This document shows positions 39,819 to 54,759 of a stretch of DNA of 60,238 bases, piece after piece. The notes beneath the pieces were generated by a model. The model made no database searches. It worked only from the letters and a program-made list of their open reading frames with translations, and had not been told where the DNA came from. The stretch is from positions 1 to 60,238 of the forward strand of contig JNEM01013289.1 of assembly GCA_000697335.1 (NCBI GenBank). Reading direction: 5' to 3'. The position numbers and the translations under genes were made by a program. The DNA comes from Conidiobolus incongruus B7586 (taxonomy: Eukaryota). Each line of letters opens with the position of its first letter. Position 1 is the stretch's first letter.

Positions 39819-42668
39819 ATGGGAGACTACGAATCAAGAAAAAATCGTAGAGAGGATCGTTATAAACATAATTACAGCGAAACTTCAAGCGAATCTAAAA
39901 GCACTTTCAGAGAATATTCAAAGAATTCAAAAGATGATTCTTATCAAAGACAATTAGACGATTATCAGAAACACAGAGAAGCTTCGCCCACACCTTATGA
40001 TGGAAATAATAAAGAAGTATTATTATGTTTTATATAAATTGGTACAAGTTTTAATCTTGATTTCTTTTAGAAGAATCAGCGTCCTAGAGAACATGCTCCA
40101 AATAACACAATAATTCTCACTAATTTACCCCCTAATGTTGATGAAAACTGGGTAATTAAATATTCCTTTTTTGTTAGAGTTCCTTGTTAATTTCGTATAT
40201 TAGATTTTATATTCACTCGCCGAACTTCAGGTGGCCAACATAAAAGAACTGCGGCTTATTAGAGACCGCCGCACTGGTACGTTAGCTACAATATATATAT
40301 TTTTTTTCATAGTATTAATTAAAAACTATTGTCATTTATTAGGTGTTCCAAAAGGCTTTTGCTTTGTTGAATTTTTTACTATCTATGATAGTCAAGCCTT
40401 TTACACAAATTTCTATCCTTGTATCCAAATCGGCGATCAAAAAGTTTATCTGAATTACTCTGAACCACAAAATGCGCCTGGTGGTATGGGCGCAGATAGT
40501 CTAAATGATCAAAATTGGACATGTTATACGGTGATTATTTTTATGAAGTTTCTATAGCATTGATAACTAATTTTTCGTGAATACAAGTGTGGTTTCTTTA
40601 ATATTAGGAGAAAATTTGACTGCTATAAGTGTAATTCCAGAAAGCCACGTAAGCTAGAGCTTTAAATTGTACAATTATTTGTTATTAAATCAGGACTAGT
40701 TGCTCTTAATGCCCATGTCTTATATAGTGAAACTAACAAAGGACTTTCTGATGTTGGAAGCATTCCTCTCCATGTTTTATTGATTCGTCAGCTTGACAAG
40801 GATGTAACTGCTGAAGATCTTTATAAGCGGTTTTCCCAGCTGGCTAGCATACGACGTACTTGGATCATTAGAGATAGAGAAACTAAGACTTCTTGGGGAT
40901 TTGGGTTTATTGAATTTTGGGATGTTAATGTAAATGATTTTAATAATATTAAACTATCAATTCACTTAATTTTCTATAGACTGCCGGTTCTATACTGGCT
41001 AAGATTAGTAATCCTGATCAATTGCCTGATGATTTTGTTTTGATTCCCAATCATCCACCCATATTGCCATCTTTTGCTCAAATGACTTCATTTATTATGG
41101 CAGAAGCACCCTCAGAGTGGACTGTCCCTGGTGATCAGAACACCAACTTAATGTACTGGGATGTGAGGGGCTATGCCGACCAGTATCCCAAAGAATTGCC
41201 TCTTACATGTTCTGAGCCAGAAGTTAAACAGGAACAAAAAGTACCTACCAAACCATCAGTTTCAGCTTCTGGAACTATTTCTACCGCTTCTGTTATTTCT
41301 GAACAGCCCAAAGGTTGGATCGTTTTCATATTTCAAAATATACTTTCTAATATATCTATTTAGAAAATGTCCATGCTCAACTTGCTGCACTTTATGATAA
41401 AATTTCAAAAATTGATACCGATTTAGTTGATATCAACATTCCAAAGCCTAGTATCCTCAATCAGCCTGCCAAAGAACAAAGGTATATTATATACACTCTT
41501 TCTAGTTTAGTTATCTGATCAAATCGTAGTCAAACTCTACCAGCATCTAAAAAATCTAGTGCGCCATCATCATCATCTAGACCTGGTAATTCTAAGGTTA
41601 GTTAATCTTTAAGTTAATATTGGCATTAGACTCACAATAATGTAGGTTCAAGCTCAACTCAATAAATGGAATCAAAAGATGGCTGAACTTAGACAAGAAG
41701 CCCCTCCTGAATCTGCTGAAGAAAAAGTAAATCACCTATATATTTATATATCAAGATTTATATTTACATGCTCATCACATCAATAGTCTACTGTTCCTGT
41801 ATCTGGACCTAATGCCATGCCCAGCAATCCTTATCTCAAAGATTTACTTGACACTGATAAAAAAGCATGCCTCTTATGTAAGCGCCAATTTAAGACGAAA
41901 GATGAATTACTACGTCATCGCGATGTTTCTGATTTGCATAAAGTAATTAAGTTTTAATTAGTCAAATGTTTCTTATATTCATCATTTTTGATTAGCAAAA
42001 TCTAAATAACACCGAGCTAGTTAAAAAAGTGCAAGATAAGATTAAAGCAAAATTTGGAGCTAATGTATTTAATGCTTCTAACGAGGTAATTTAGTCAATT
42101 ATATTATATATCAACAGATGGTTTAATACTCATAATTAGGAGAGCCAATATCGTGACAGAGCCCAAGAAAGGAGAGCATTATACAATCAACCTAAGAATC
42201 CACCCAAATCATCAAATCCCTTCCATCAGAAGAAAGCTGTTAATCGGTAAGAAACAAAGTTTTGAGATGATTATAATAATGTTATTGATGATTATTTTAG
42301 CGAAAGTATTGAAGTGCCTCCAGAACCTCCAGCTGAATCCATTGGTAGCAAGCTGCTTAAAAATATGGGTTGGAAAGAAGGTCAAGGGCTTGGGCGAAAT
42401 ATGGACGGCATTGTCGAACCTGTTAAAGTATTTTGAATATATTTAATAATTAATGCACACAATGATTGATGAAATGTTTAGGCTGAATCATATGGTCAAG
42501 GGGCAGGTATTGGTAGTGGACCTAAAACAAGCTATGAGGATTCTGATAAAAACCTGGAATACAGAGAAAGGGTCAAGAATGCTGTAAGATTTTATTCGCT
42601 ATTTCAAATCAATTCTTCTCACCTTTTTATTTTTTTAGTTTCGTCAGAGATTCTTTGAAGAGCAATAA
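39819..42668 (+). CDS. RBM5/RBM10-like splicing factor (RRM, RanBP2 zinc finger, RRM, C2H2, G-patch), many exons
   Basis: RRM1 LRLIRDRRTG|VPKGFCFVEF; finger WTCYT|CGFFNIRRKFDCYKC; RRM2 IIRDRETKTSWGFGFIEF; ACLLCKRQFKTKDELLRHRDVSDLHK; YRDRAQERR; G-patch IGSKLLKNMGWKEGQGLGRNMDGIVEPV; TAA at 42666-42668. Confidence 0.9.
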
Positions 42669-43650
42669 TTTTTCTTTTAAATTTGCCTATTTCAAATCTT
42701 GCGTCTAAATTATCATGGTCAATTTTTTAAACTGATCATATTTAATAAAATCTGAAAAACTCAACAATATCATAATCTATAATTATATTATATTTATTCA
42801 TGCTCAGCATATTCATATAAATTCCCAATTTTTTGACGCATGAAGAGTGCATATCTGATTATATTTGCATTTTGAATTCAAATGGTAGTTTGTTTAATGA
42901 TTTTTTGTATTTTAATATAAATATTATTATAATTTTTAACAAAGAATTATATATATATGTCTTATTCTATCAATAAAATTAAATTTGTATTTCATTCAAT
43001 TTTTATCAAACATAAGTAATATTATTGAAGATCTTAATTTGAAATAAATATCATCCAAGAATAACAAATTCAACTGAATAAATTAACAAAATGTTGACCT
43101 TGATATTTTGGATAAGGTAATTAACAATTTCATAATTTTATAGAATATAAAAATTTGAAAATTTATGAATTTTAACATATATTTGATTTAGTCATATATT
43201 ATATATTATATAAGTGAATATTTTTTCAGGTTTAAATTAATCAAAATGATAACTTAATATATAAATATATTGAGTGTAATTATGGGAGCATAATTAATCA
43301 ATATTATTTTTTGATAGAAATATGATTTTACATTGACAAATTATAAAAATTATATTTTCACAAATTTAAGAATTCACCAATAGTCTTAAGCAAATCAAAT
43401 TCAATAAAATATTCATTTAGCAAGTATACAAGAATTTTAATTATGGATAATATTATAAAATACTAAAAATAGGTTAATTCATCCTTTAATAATTTTTCAA
43501 AATTAATTTAAATAAAAAAATCACATGATATGAGGTGACTTCACTCTGATTTGTCCCAAAAAAAATATTACAAAATAATGATATATTTATACACATGATC
43601 ATTCGAATTTTAATTTCAATATAATTTAATTATTATTGTTAATATTAGCT

Positions 43651-46385
43651 ATGTTGCGTCAATTTGCTAGATCAAAACAAAATATTAGATTGAATAATTT
43701 GGATAAGGTAAAATAAACTATACAAAACAAACTTGATTTTGACTTTTAACATAATATTTAGTACTATACTTATTCATCTAAATCCAATACTTGGAAGGTT
43801 CCATTACATTCTGAATGGTGTGAGTTAGTTAAAAAGGAACTCAAGGGTAAAGACCCCGAAGAAACTTTGACTTGGCATACTGCTGAGGTAATTAATTAGT
43901 CACTTGTTTATTAATGTTAATTAACGCATTATTTTATATATTCAGGGTATTAAAGTCAAGCCAGTATATACCAAAAAGGATATCGAAGGTATTGAAGAAG
44001 AAATCCCAGGCAAGTTCCCATTTACAAGAGGTCCTTACGCCAGTATGTATACATATCGTCCTTGGACAGTTCGTCAGGTATATTTTCTTACAATATTCCA
44101 ATTCATACAAACTAATAGTATTATAATAGTATGCTGGTTTCAGTACGGTAGAAGAGAGTAACAAATTTTACAGAAAAAATTTGGCTGCTGGTCAACAAGG
44201 TTTAAGTGTTGCTTTCGATTTGGCCACCCATAGAGGGTGATACATTATTAAATGATTACATAATATAATATTAACATCATTGCTATAGTTATGACTCAGA
44301 CCATCCTAGAGTAGTGGGTGATGTAGGTATGGCTGGTGTAGCTATTGACAGTGTAGAAGATACCAAAGTAAGTAGATTTTATTATTATGGCTTTATATCA
44401 AATTAACTTATTTGAATAGATTTTATTCGATGGAATTCCTCTCAATAAAATGTCAGTATCTATGACAATGAACGGAGCCGTACTTCCCATTTTAGCAATG
44501 TACATTGTCACCGGTTTAGAGCAGGTAATCATACTGCTGCAATGCAATTTATGGAAAGTAACAAAATAATTATCTATAGGGAGCTAAACTCAGTGAACTA
44601 GCAGGGACTATCCAGAACGATATTTTAAAAGAATTTATGGTGCGTAATACTTTCATTTACCCCCCTAAACCTTCTATGAGAATTATTGGTGATATCTTCT
44701 CTTATACTGCCAAGGTACCGATACAGACTAAAACTACTAATGTGTAATATCATAACACCAATTCTTTAGAATATGCCCAAATATAATTCCATTTCTATTT
44801 CTGGTTACCATTTACAAGAAGCTGGTGCTGACAATGTCCTTGAATTAGCCTTCACCATTGCTGATGGTTTAGAATATGTTAGAACTGGTAATAATTTCTA
44901 TATTATACAAATTATAAGATATTATTGACATTTATATTATTGAAATTGTATAGGTATTAAATCAGGTATGACTGTTGATGAGTTTGCTCCTCGTCTATCC
45001 TTCTTCTGGGCCATTGGTATGAATTTCTATATGGTAATGAAAGCTGATTCAAAAGAAAGCTGTTTTTTTTTATTAAATCCCATTAGGAAATTGCCAAAAT
45101 GAGAGCTGCTCGCAGATTGTGGGCTCACCTGATTAAAGAAAAGTTCCAACCTAAAAACAAGAAATCTATGCTCTTAAGAACTCACTGCCAAACCTCTGGT
45201 TGGTCCTTGACCGAACAGGATCCTTACAACAATGTTATCCGTACCACAGTTGAAGCTATGGCTGCTACCCTTGGAGGAACCCAATCTCTCCATACCAACG
45301 CTCTTGACGAAGCCATTGGTCTCCCCACTGAATTCAGTGCACGTATCGCCCGTAATACTCAATTGATTCTTCAAGAAGAAGCTATGATTCCCAAGGTTGC
45401 TGATCCATGGGGTGGTTCTTATATGATGGAGTCCCTTACCAACGAAATCTATGAAGCCGCTCTTAAACTCATCAATGAAATTGAGGAGATGGGTGGTATG
45501 GCCAAGGCCGTAGATTCTGGTATGCCCAAACTTAAGATTGAAGAGAGTGCTGCCAAGCGTCAAGCCAGAATCGACTCTGGAAAAGAAACTATTGTTGGTG
45601 TTAATAAGTACCGTTTGGAGAAGGAAGATGACTTGGAGATTCTGGCCATTGATAACACCAAGGTACGCAAATCCCAGATTGCTAGAATCGAAAAGGTCAA
45701 GGCTGAACGTGACAGTCAAAAGGCTCAAGCTTGTCTTGATGCTCTTACTAAGTGTGCTGAAACTGGAGAGGGTAATTTACTCGAGTTATCTATTGAAGCT
45801 GCTAAAGCCAGATGTACCGTTGGTGAAATTTCCTATGCTTTGGAGAAAGTATTTGGCCGTCACCAACCTCAGAATCGTGTAGTCAGCGGTGCTTATAAAT
45901 CCGAATATGGTGAACACGATGAAGTTAAATTAACTCAAGAAGTCATTAGTAAATTCACTCAAGATCACGGTCGTCCTCCTAGATTGCTTGTTGCTAAGAT
46001 GGGTCAAGATGGCCATGACCGCGGTGCCAAAGTTATTGCCTCTGGTTTCGCTGACCTTGGTTTCGACGTTGATGTTGGTCCCCTTTTCCAGACCCCTGCT
46101 GAAGTAGCCCGCCAAGCTATTGATGCTGATGTACATGTTATTGGTGTTTCCTCTCTAGCCGCCGGTCATAAGACCTTGGTTCCAGCTTTGATTGAAGAAT
46201 TGAAGAAGCTTGGTGCTGATGATAAATTAGTCATTGCTGGTGGTGTTATCCCTGCCCAAGACTATCAATTCCTATTTGATAATGGTGTTGCTGCCGTATT
46301 TGGACCAGGTACTAAGATCCCCGTAGCTGCTAGAGAAGTAGTTGAAAAGATCGACAAGTCGCTTCAACAAGCATCAACTCACTAG
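43651..46385 (+). CDS. MMUT: Methylmalonyl-CoA mutase, mitochondrial, adenosylcobalamin-dependent; multi-exon
   Basis: Presequence-like [87 protein letters not shown] and the B12-binding [13 protein letters not shown]. Confidence 0.97.
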
Positions 46386-46632
46386 TCTAAATTAATATAA
46401 TCATAATAAACAACTATCTATTTTGATAAAATTTAGTCAAGATTTTGGATTATATTTATGAACTCTGTATCATTCAATAAAATATCTAATAATTAAAGTA
46501 TAATGCAAAATGAACACAAAACACAGGGTTTAATTAAAATGATATCATAGTTATTTATATTATTCAAACAAAAATTAATAAACATCACATATTAGTATAA
46601 TTATCAATTGGTAAAGGTTATGCGTGGAATAA

Positions 46633-47940
46633 TTAGTTGCGTTGACCGTCTTGCTGGGATTGAGGTTGGTTCCAAGATAAATAGGAAGGATCTCCTAATT
46701 TTCTATAATTAAAGTTAATATATAATTACAAGAACGAATATAATCAAATTACCTTGGACGGTACATGTGCATGGCGGTAAAGATAATACCAAATAGTACA
46801 CATAAGGCACCTACAGCAATGTATGCACTGCCTAAGAATGGGTTACGACCTCCCAAGAAGGATGCAGTTGAGATAACGATTGCTTTTCTTCCTCCGAAAT
46901 AGGCATCGTCAAAAGTCATGTTAACTGTCATCTGGTACATACCAGCCTTTAATGTCTTATCGGATTTACCGTACAACTTGCGGAAGTGGGGTAAACCAGC
47001 AACACGCATCCAAACCTTGAGATGTTCAGTAAGTGCTTTGCTCGGGGGATATTCGTCAGTATACTCTCCATTGGGATATCTGTGAATCCAGTTGGGAGGA
47101 GGCAATACATCGGATGGTTTATATTTGGTTGGCTTGAACACATCATCATCGGATGGCCAGCTAATGTTGGAACTGTCGAATTGGTATTCTTCATTGGTGT
47201 TGGAACTATCAGCAGGCTGAAGGTTGCTGAAAGTGTCGTTGAATAAGGAATTGGCAATAAGTCCACAAGGATAAATGGGTTTCATATTGCCTTTAGAGTC
47301 TTCGCGTTGATGAAGAGGACTGCACTCCGATTCCAGATCTTTTGCGGATAAATCATTCCCTTGAAGTTGTTTATAGCTGATCGATTTCACGTAACGTCTG
47401 TGGTTCTGGTAGAAATTTGTAAGCCTATAGTAAAGAAATACTGGCCCTTCAATATCCGTGACAACTGGGAACTGAATAGTGCACATGGGAGCTGAAGTAT
47501 TATCGAATCGACTCACAACAACATTCTCACTCTTATACTTGAAACCTGGAAGTTGCAAGTATTTTGTTCCAGGGGGTAAATTAACTTCATAGTCTTGTTC
47601 TGGTATCGGTTTAAATTGGCTTCCAGCAGTTTTACAATCGGTATAATCTATTACAATTTCTTTAACCTAAACAACTATTGTCAAATAGAGCTAACTATAT
47701 AAAGAAATTTGAAATTACTTGATTACTATAATAAAGCAAAATACCACCAATAGGAGCAAAAATAATGCCGATGAGGAAGAGAGTTGGAAGCACCGTTTTA
47801 GGTGTTAATATAGGTTGCCATGCCTTTAATCTTTGTTGTTTAAAAGCGGTATCTAATTAAAATGTTATAACTCATATAATATGCTATTAAGAATAAATAT
47901 TACTAGCTGGCTTTCTACTTTTAGTTTCTTCGACAGACAT
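46633..47940 (-). CDS. CDC50: Cdc50/Lem3 family P4-ATPase flippase beta subunit, 4 exons
   Basis: [99 protein letters not shown]. Confidence 0.95.
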
Positions 47941-50156
47941 TTAATGAATTGAATATCAGATTGAATAACAAAATTAAAATATTATTTATTATTTATTAGT
48001 TATTAGTTATTATTTGGTATATCTGGTAAAGCTGTGAAAGAAAGTTAAATCTATGAATTTATTTAATTTTCAGCAATCTAATTTACACAACTATTTCGAT
48101 TGAATTGTCACATAATATAACATTTTTGGCAATGTTGAATATTATTTTGTGAAATTGTATTACTCTTGAATATATGCTTTATATACCCTTAATTTCAGCA
48201 ATTGATCAAACATTGTTTAAGCTATTGAATATATTATATTGGATATTCAGTTGGCCAAAACAAATACTGTAATAATAGTTTCTATAGAAAAAATTCACCT
48301 ATATCCATAAAAATATGGTTTTCCAAGATAATGATTATTATAACGCTCAAGTTAACATTCAAGTACATTTTTCTTGTAAATTTGTACAATTAATCTCGAT
48401 TTATATTAATATCAATTGTTTTATAAATATACATTATAACTTCAAAATAATCGTTGTTATTGTAAATTGAAATATTAAACACATGATAATGCTATGTTAA
48501 TACAAAATTGAATAATTTTTAAATGGATGATCATTCTATTAAATCCTCTAATTTCGAAATAATTTGACGTGTTATACAAAATACTTGATAAATGTTCATC
48601 ATTTAAAATGAGCGAATATTTAACATTCTTGTAGTTGATGCAATATATACTTATATATATTTTTATTTAAAAAATCACTTGGATAAAACGAATTAAATTT
48701 TACCCAGGTTTAGGGTTAAAATTATTACAAAGGACTGAATGACTAATACTATAAAAATATATTCAAGATATATATAATTGATGGAATATTACTTTCAAAT
48801 GCATATCATAAATTATAATCCTTCAAAATTTTTATTTCGCACACTGTACGTATAAAAAATATTATAATTTGAGATTTATTTCAAAGTTTATTTCATTAAA
48901 TCAAGTTTTTCAAGTTGATTTTTTCCAAGGACCATGTTACGTAGCTAATAAATACATTTGTATAATATGGTATTTTTTTCAAATAAATTAAAAATTTTAC
49001 GTTTTCTCTATGAATTTTTATTTTCATATAATATACACCGAAACTGTTGATCAAATAATATTAGTTATTTTATAATTTCCTTAAAATTTTTTTATAATTA
49101 GAAACAAATCTGAACGAGCCTATGACTACAATTGACCAGAGTAATATAGTAGATTGTATAAAACTGGTAAAAATAGTGAAAATAAAAATAAATGATTATT
49201 ATATTAATATGATTCTCTGTCAAAAGTATGCTTTGAAAAACAATCATAATCAGTGACAGTGAAACAGCAATCATAGAAAAATAATCATTTTTCATTTGAG
49301 ACAGTATATTTTGATATGATATAGGAATAGATCAGAGTAAAGCGATTAGTATAACTTTATAATAAATAATTTTTGATGTTTTAAAATACTTTTAGCTGTA
49401 TTATAATATTTGAAATAGCTGATGAAAAAATTGAGCAATAATATAATAAGCTCAAACTGTATATAATCTTAATATTCATTTTGAAGATATCAATAAATAT
49501 AGTCTAACGTTATTTGATGATATTAATGTGAATTAATCCTATGAAAAATATCCTTTGAATTTGAATTATAATGAATATTGAAATGTTATTTTGTTTGATA
49601 CTAGCATTGTTGTGTATAATATGTATTGTATAGTCATGAATTAGTTATAATTCTGGCATTATTCTAATAATTTGAAAATATATAATAAACTCATAATAAA
49701 GATGACCATTTCAAATCAAATAACGATACACACAATTTAACGATTTTAATGATTGATATAAAATACAAATATTTCTAAATTAACCATATATTTTCTTTGA
49801 AATAATAAATATATGGTAATGTTAAAATAAAGATTTTGAAACTACTTTTTGTTAAGAAACAATCACTCAATATAGCTTATTAAGTTTGAATCAATTTCAA
49901 ATCCTCTAGAATTATTCTAAATAGCGACTAAATTTTGTTGTGAGAATTAGAAAATATTTAGAATGCACTATACATTATTCACAATTATAATTGGATTTGA
50001 TTTAGTTGGTAAAGATGGAGTTTAATGAAAAATTTAATAAAACATCAGTATAATGTCTGAATCAATCTAAAAAAAGTGACTAATAATGAAAATCATTATT
50101 AATATACTTGACATTTAATTAAAGTATTTAGAATTATGTATTATATTTCTAGTTAC

Positions 50157-50650
50157 CTTCAAGCAACAGACTTAGCATATGAAAATGGGAGAGTTCATGA
50201 TAATTCTCTTTAACTAGGGGGCTTGAGCCAAACAAATATAATATGCCAAATATATTTTATAATGTAAACTGAGAATAGATTTTAATAAATTTTGTGAGTG
50301 AATAATATAAATTATTAACTATATTATCGAGTTTAATTGATATTATCATCAAAGTACTTGAATTAAATGGATGATCTAAAACTAACCAATCTAAACCCAA
50401 TAACATAAATTGTTCAACTTTCAAAAATTCAAATATTTTGATGAATAAAAATGAACCAATCAAGTCTGTTGGAATGAGATGAAAAACCGAAAAGGGTAAA
50501 TGAGAATCAGAGTATATAAATAGATTATTTACGTAAATGAGTAAAATGAATTGGTTAATTCGTTACTTTCAATTACAATAAGATTGTTCTTGTGAATTGA
50601 ATAGGTTAGTATTTAATATTATATTATCTCATTTTATTATATTATTACTT
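50157..50650 (-). pseudogene. Possible decayed spliced gene, unknown family
   Basis: Intron-like segments (TACTAAC..CAAG; GTAAAT..CAACAG; GTACTT..ATAG) join NNLIVIESNELTNSFYSFT|LDWFIFIHQNI*IFES*...HIIFVWLKPLVKENYHELSHFHMLSLLLE with several stops. Confidence 0.25.
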
Positions 50651-51319
50651 GGATCCTTATAATGTATTATTATTTTTTTAATTTGTTTCTTCTCTTGTTA
50701 TTATGTTTTTGTTTTTGTTTTTGATGATTAATACTTGTACTTAAAGGGATTGCTCAATTTTGCTTATTTTATTAAATTATTGCTTATTGGGAATATTGTA
50801 TCGAGTTAACTTTATTATTTAATATTAATGGGTGTATTATATCAAATAATATTGAAAATATGAATAACAGATTTAAATTCGCAAAATATCATATTTAAAG
50901 GTAATCTGCAACCAATAAGTAGATAAAGAGCTTTAGTGGAGGGTTTTGCTTTAAATTTCATGCCAACTCGATGCTTAAAACATTTCACAAAAATATATGA
51001 TATATAATTCAATAATCAGTCTATTTATCTTATGATGAGAAATATAATTTTTAATTGTTTACATTAATTTACATACTAACTCAATTTTTTAGTTTAGCTC
51101 CTTTTCGACTCATTCAATATTTATCCCTAATACAATATTGTCTATTTATAAAGTAAGCCAAATATTATACTTGCGCTTTATTTTCAAGAATTCGAATTGA
51201 AATTGACTTGCTGTAATCATTACATTTTGTTATATTTCACATAAACTAAATTAAATCTTGAAAATTTAGTTTAAATTAATTTAAAACAGCATCAACAAAT
51301 AATTATATATTAATTAAAA

Positions 51320-53825
51320 ATGTCTGGAAGCTCTAAATCTGTTAGCCGCTCACCTTCTATATCCCGTTCTCAGCGCTCAGTTTCTGTCTCTCGCTCTCCG
51401 AGATATCGCCGAAAGAGATCAAGATCACGATCTTTGAGTGTATCCAGATCTCCTAGAAGAACAAGAGACGAATCTCCTAGTGGACGCTCTCGTTATCGTC
51501 GTCGCAGAAGCAGCTATAGCCGTAGTAGAAGCCCTGTTAGCCGTTCACCTTCTCAAGAAGATCGCAAATGTAAGCTTATTACCAAAAGTTGTCATTTAAC
51601 GCTGAATTAATTTATTTATAGATCGTAAAACACATCGCTCACGTCATGGCCACCGATCTCCTAGACATAGTCACGATAGATCCAATCATGGTTCACGTGA
51701 CAGAAGAAGTGGTTATGGCTCTCATCATGATAAAGAAGGATACCACCAGGGTGGAAGATATGGTGGAAACTATAGAGGAGGCAGCTATAATAGGAGAAGT
51801 GGTAGAGGCAGAGATAATTTTTATAACAGGTACATCAACACAAGCATCTCTATGACTAATAAGTCCAGTTCGTTATAATCTAATTAATATTCTTAGGCCC
51901 GACTTTGGTATACCTAATTATGACTTCGATAACCCAAGTAACAGTGGATTCATGATGCATGACTATCCTACAGGTCATGCAGCCCCTTTTGGAAATATAA
52001 GCAGTGTACCACATCTTGTTCCTGGAGGACCCAACCCTCACCATCAGTAAATAAGTATGATAACACATTGTTAATTTATTATTAACTATTGATTAGTGGC
52101 GTTCCGGATGGACAGAACATGATTAACCCTCGCGATCTTCCTACTCTAGTCCCCATGAGCTATTTCTCAGATTATATGAGATGGATAAATCCAGAAACTC
52201 AAATGTCTGAAGATGAGATCTATCAAGCTTATACTCAATACAAAAAAGAATTTCATTATCGTCAATTAAGAAGTTTCTTCAATCAGCATCGTAACGACAA
52301 CTGGTTCATGGAAAAATATTGGAATGAAGCCATCAATGATCGCTTGAAAGAAGCTTACCCTAAAAAAGTTCAGTTATTTGATACATTCGTGACCCAACTT
52401 CAACAAGGTCGCTTTGATGGATTGTGCTATGATGAGCCACCATCAAACTCCAATGGAAATCAGCAAAATGAAGAAAAGGATCATGACTCTGAGCCAAATG
52501 TCATATTCATTAAAAGTATTCCCCCTTCAATTTCTCGTCACCAAGTTCAGGATTTATTTTCTAAATTTACTGGCTTCCAACATCTGATGCTTTCAGACCC
52601 CAACCCTCTCAAAAAATTCCATCGTCTTGGATGGGTCATTTTTGATCAAGGCATTGATGTAACAAAGCTTTTAGAAAATGAATTGAAAAAATGCTGCATT
52701 GATGAATTTGAATTCCATCTTGCTCCTCATAAGAACAAATCTATTCCCAAACTGACAAATCCTCTTCTTAGCAATCCTACTCGCTTGAGACACGATCTTG
52801 CCAAAATTATTAAACTTGCTAAAGAGTTAGAATTCTATTTTGCTAAAGCAGGGCAGCCCGATACTGAAACTCCCAACCTGTTTAATGGCACTGAGCACAT
52901 TAATCAGCGCATGGAAGTTATTTTGGCTGAAAGGAGTCCTTCACCTGCTCGCTCTCACGAAGAAGGCAGTCAGACAGATGATGCTCCTATTTTTGAAGTT
53001 AAGAAGAGATTAGATCTTCATCTTGCTTACCTTCGCCAAGTATTTCATTATTGCTACTATTGTTCCGCATTATGCGAGACATCTCATGACTTGATTCGCA
53101 AATGCTCAACTCAACATTACCGTAGTACAGATACGAAATCTACTTCCTCTACCAAGACTTGGGAATCTTGGATCAAGTCATTTGATCAAAAATTAGATCT
53201 TCAAATTAACGGACTCAATTCTCAAGAACTGGAAAATTTTGGGGGTCAAAGTTTGGAAAAGGAGATTGACCTATATGCATCTTCCCAAGTCCTTGTCATT
53301 GAATCTAACAAATGTCGTTGTAAACTTTGTAACAAACTATTCAAAGGTGCTGAATTTGTTGAAAAGCATGTTAAAACTAAACACAAAGCAGATTTCCAAG
53401 AGATCATTGATGAAGTTCAATATTTTAACAACTATATTCGTGATCCCTACCGTGTAACACCACCTTCCAATGTAGCTACTGTTGGCCCAAATGCATTCCC
53501 AGGACCTTTTGGTCATCCCAATTTCGCACCTCCCAGCGCTGGCATGATGCCACCTGGCCCACCCGCTCCCATGCTACCTTTTGGGGCTAATCCTGATGGT
53601 ATGGCACCAACTTTCCAAATGCCTATGCATCCACAGCCTATGGCGTTCCAAACAATGCATCCTAATACAAGATATCGTGGTAATCGTAACTTCAATAATT
53701 CCAATACTAAGTCCAATACTTCAACCGTCCGCAATGTTGCTCCTCCCGATCCAAGACGTCAAATGAGATCTTATGTCGACTTGGATGAGCCAGGACCCTC
53801 AGCTGATTCAGTTGCACAGAACTAA
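51320..53825 (+). CDS. SRRT: SERRATE/ARS2 RNA effector protein, 4 exons
   Basis: RS-rich N-terminus, YKKEF..QLRSFFNQHRNDNWFMEKY, RRM-like IFIKSIPPSISR..LSDPNPLKKFHRLGWV, LDLHLAYLRQVFHYCYYC, KCRCKLCNKLFKGAEFVEKHVKTKH and C-terminal DPRRQMRSYVDLDEP. Confidence 0.93.
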
Positions 53826-54759
53826 ACCCAATCACATTTACTTTTCAGGTAAACCATTATTTTAATAAGGCAAACATCTATTTACATTGAGCAATATATT
53901 ATCTCAGTCATCTGTCAAGACTATATTATTGATTAATTAAAACATATTATATTTTGATATCAAAATTTAATTTTATATAATAATTGCTCTATCATAGTAT
54001 TATTTTAATATTTTATTTTTGATTTAATACCAATTTCTAATATCTAATATTATAATGTAAATTTTTGAATATTCCAAGTTAAACTAAATATCTTTATAAA
54101 TATGGCTATTATGAACCATTGGAAATAATTTTTGAGTTTAGTATCGATATTCAAATCAACTTAATATGTTAAAATCAATATAGATTATGTTACCAGCCAT
54201 TATTAAAATTTTTATTTTAATATATCAAGATTTTTTATCAAACTGAATGTTATCAATTAATTTATAAGTTATTATTCATATTTTATCTTTAAAAACTGGT
54301 ATTACTATATTTAAGTTTAGATACATTGTCAGAATATGATACAGACATATTATAGAAACGGGGAAACTATATCTCCTTCATTATCCAAGATTTCGGCTCC
54401 GAAATTTTCAGCCGAGCAATTTGCAAAATATTCCCAACGTGACATCACATTTTTCAATAGTTTATCCATATCCAAATGCATACTTCAGCTTTCTTTTTCT
54501 GATAAAAACAAAAATTACATTAGAATATTATTTAAATAAATAATCATATATATGTAGATAATTTTGCAAAGCTCTACCGGAATATCAATCATATTTTGAT
54601 AATTACTATATAAATATTGAATATGTTCTTGATTAGATTTATTTTTTAAGTATTAAAAAATCAACCAATATCCCGATAATTTCATTATTAATCATAAGTT
54701 CCAATTTAAAAATTCAATATCGATTCCATAAATTTTAACTCTTTAAACTTGAATTGAAA

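Noticed and set aside
45174..45728. 184 aa antisense ORF in MMUT (also 57026-57505 in RPS2 and other nested ORFs)
   Set aside because: Shadow frames caused by codon bias of conserved genes.
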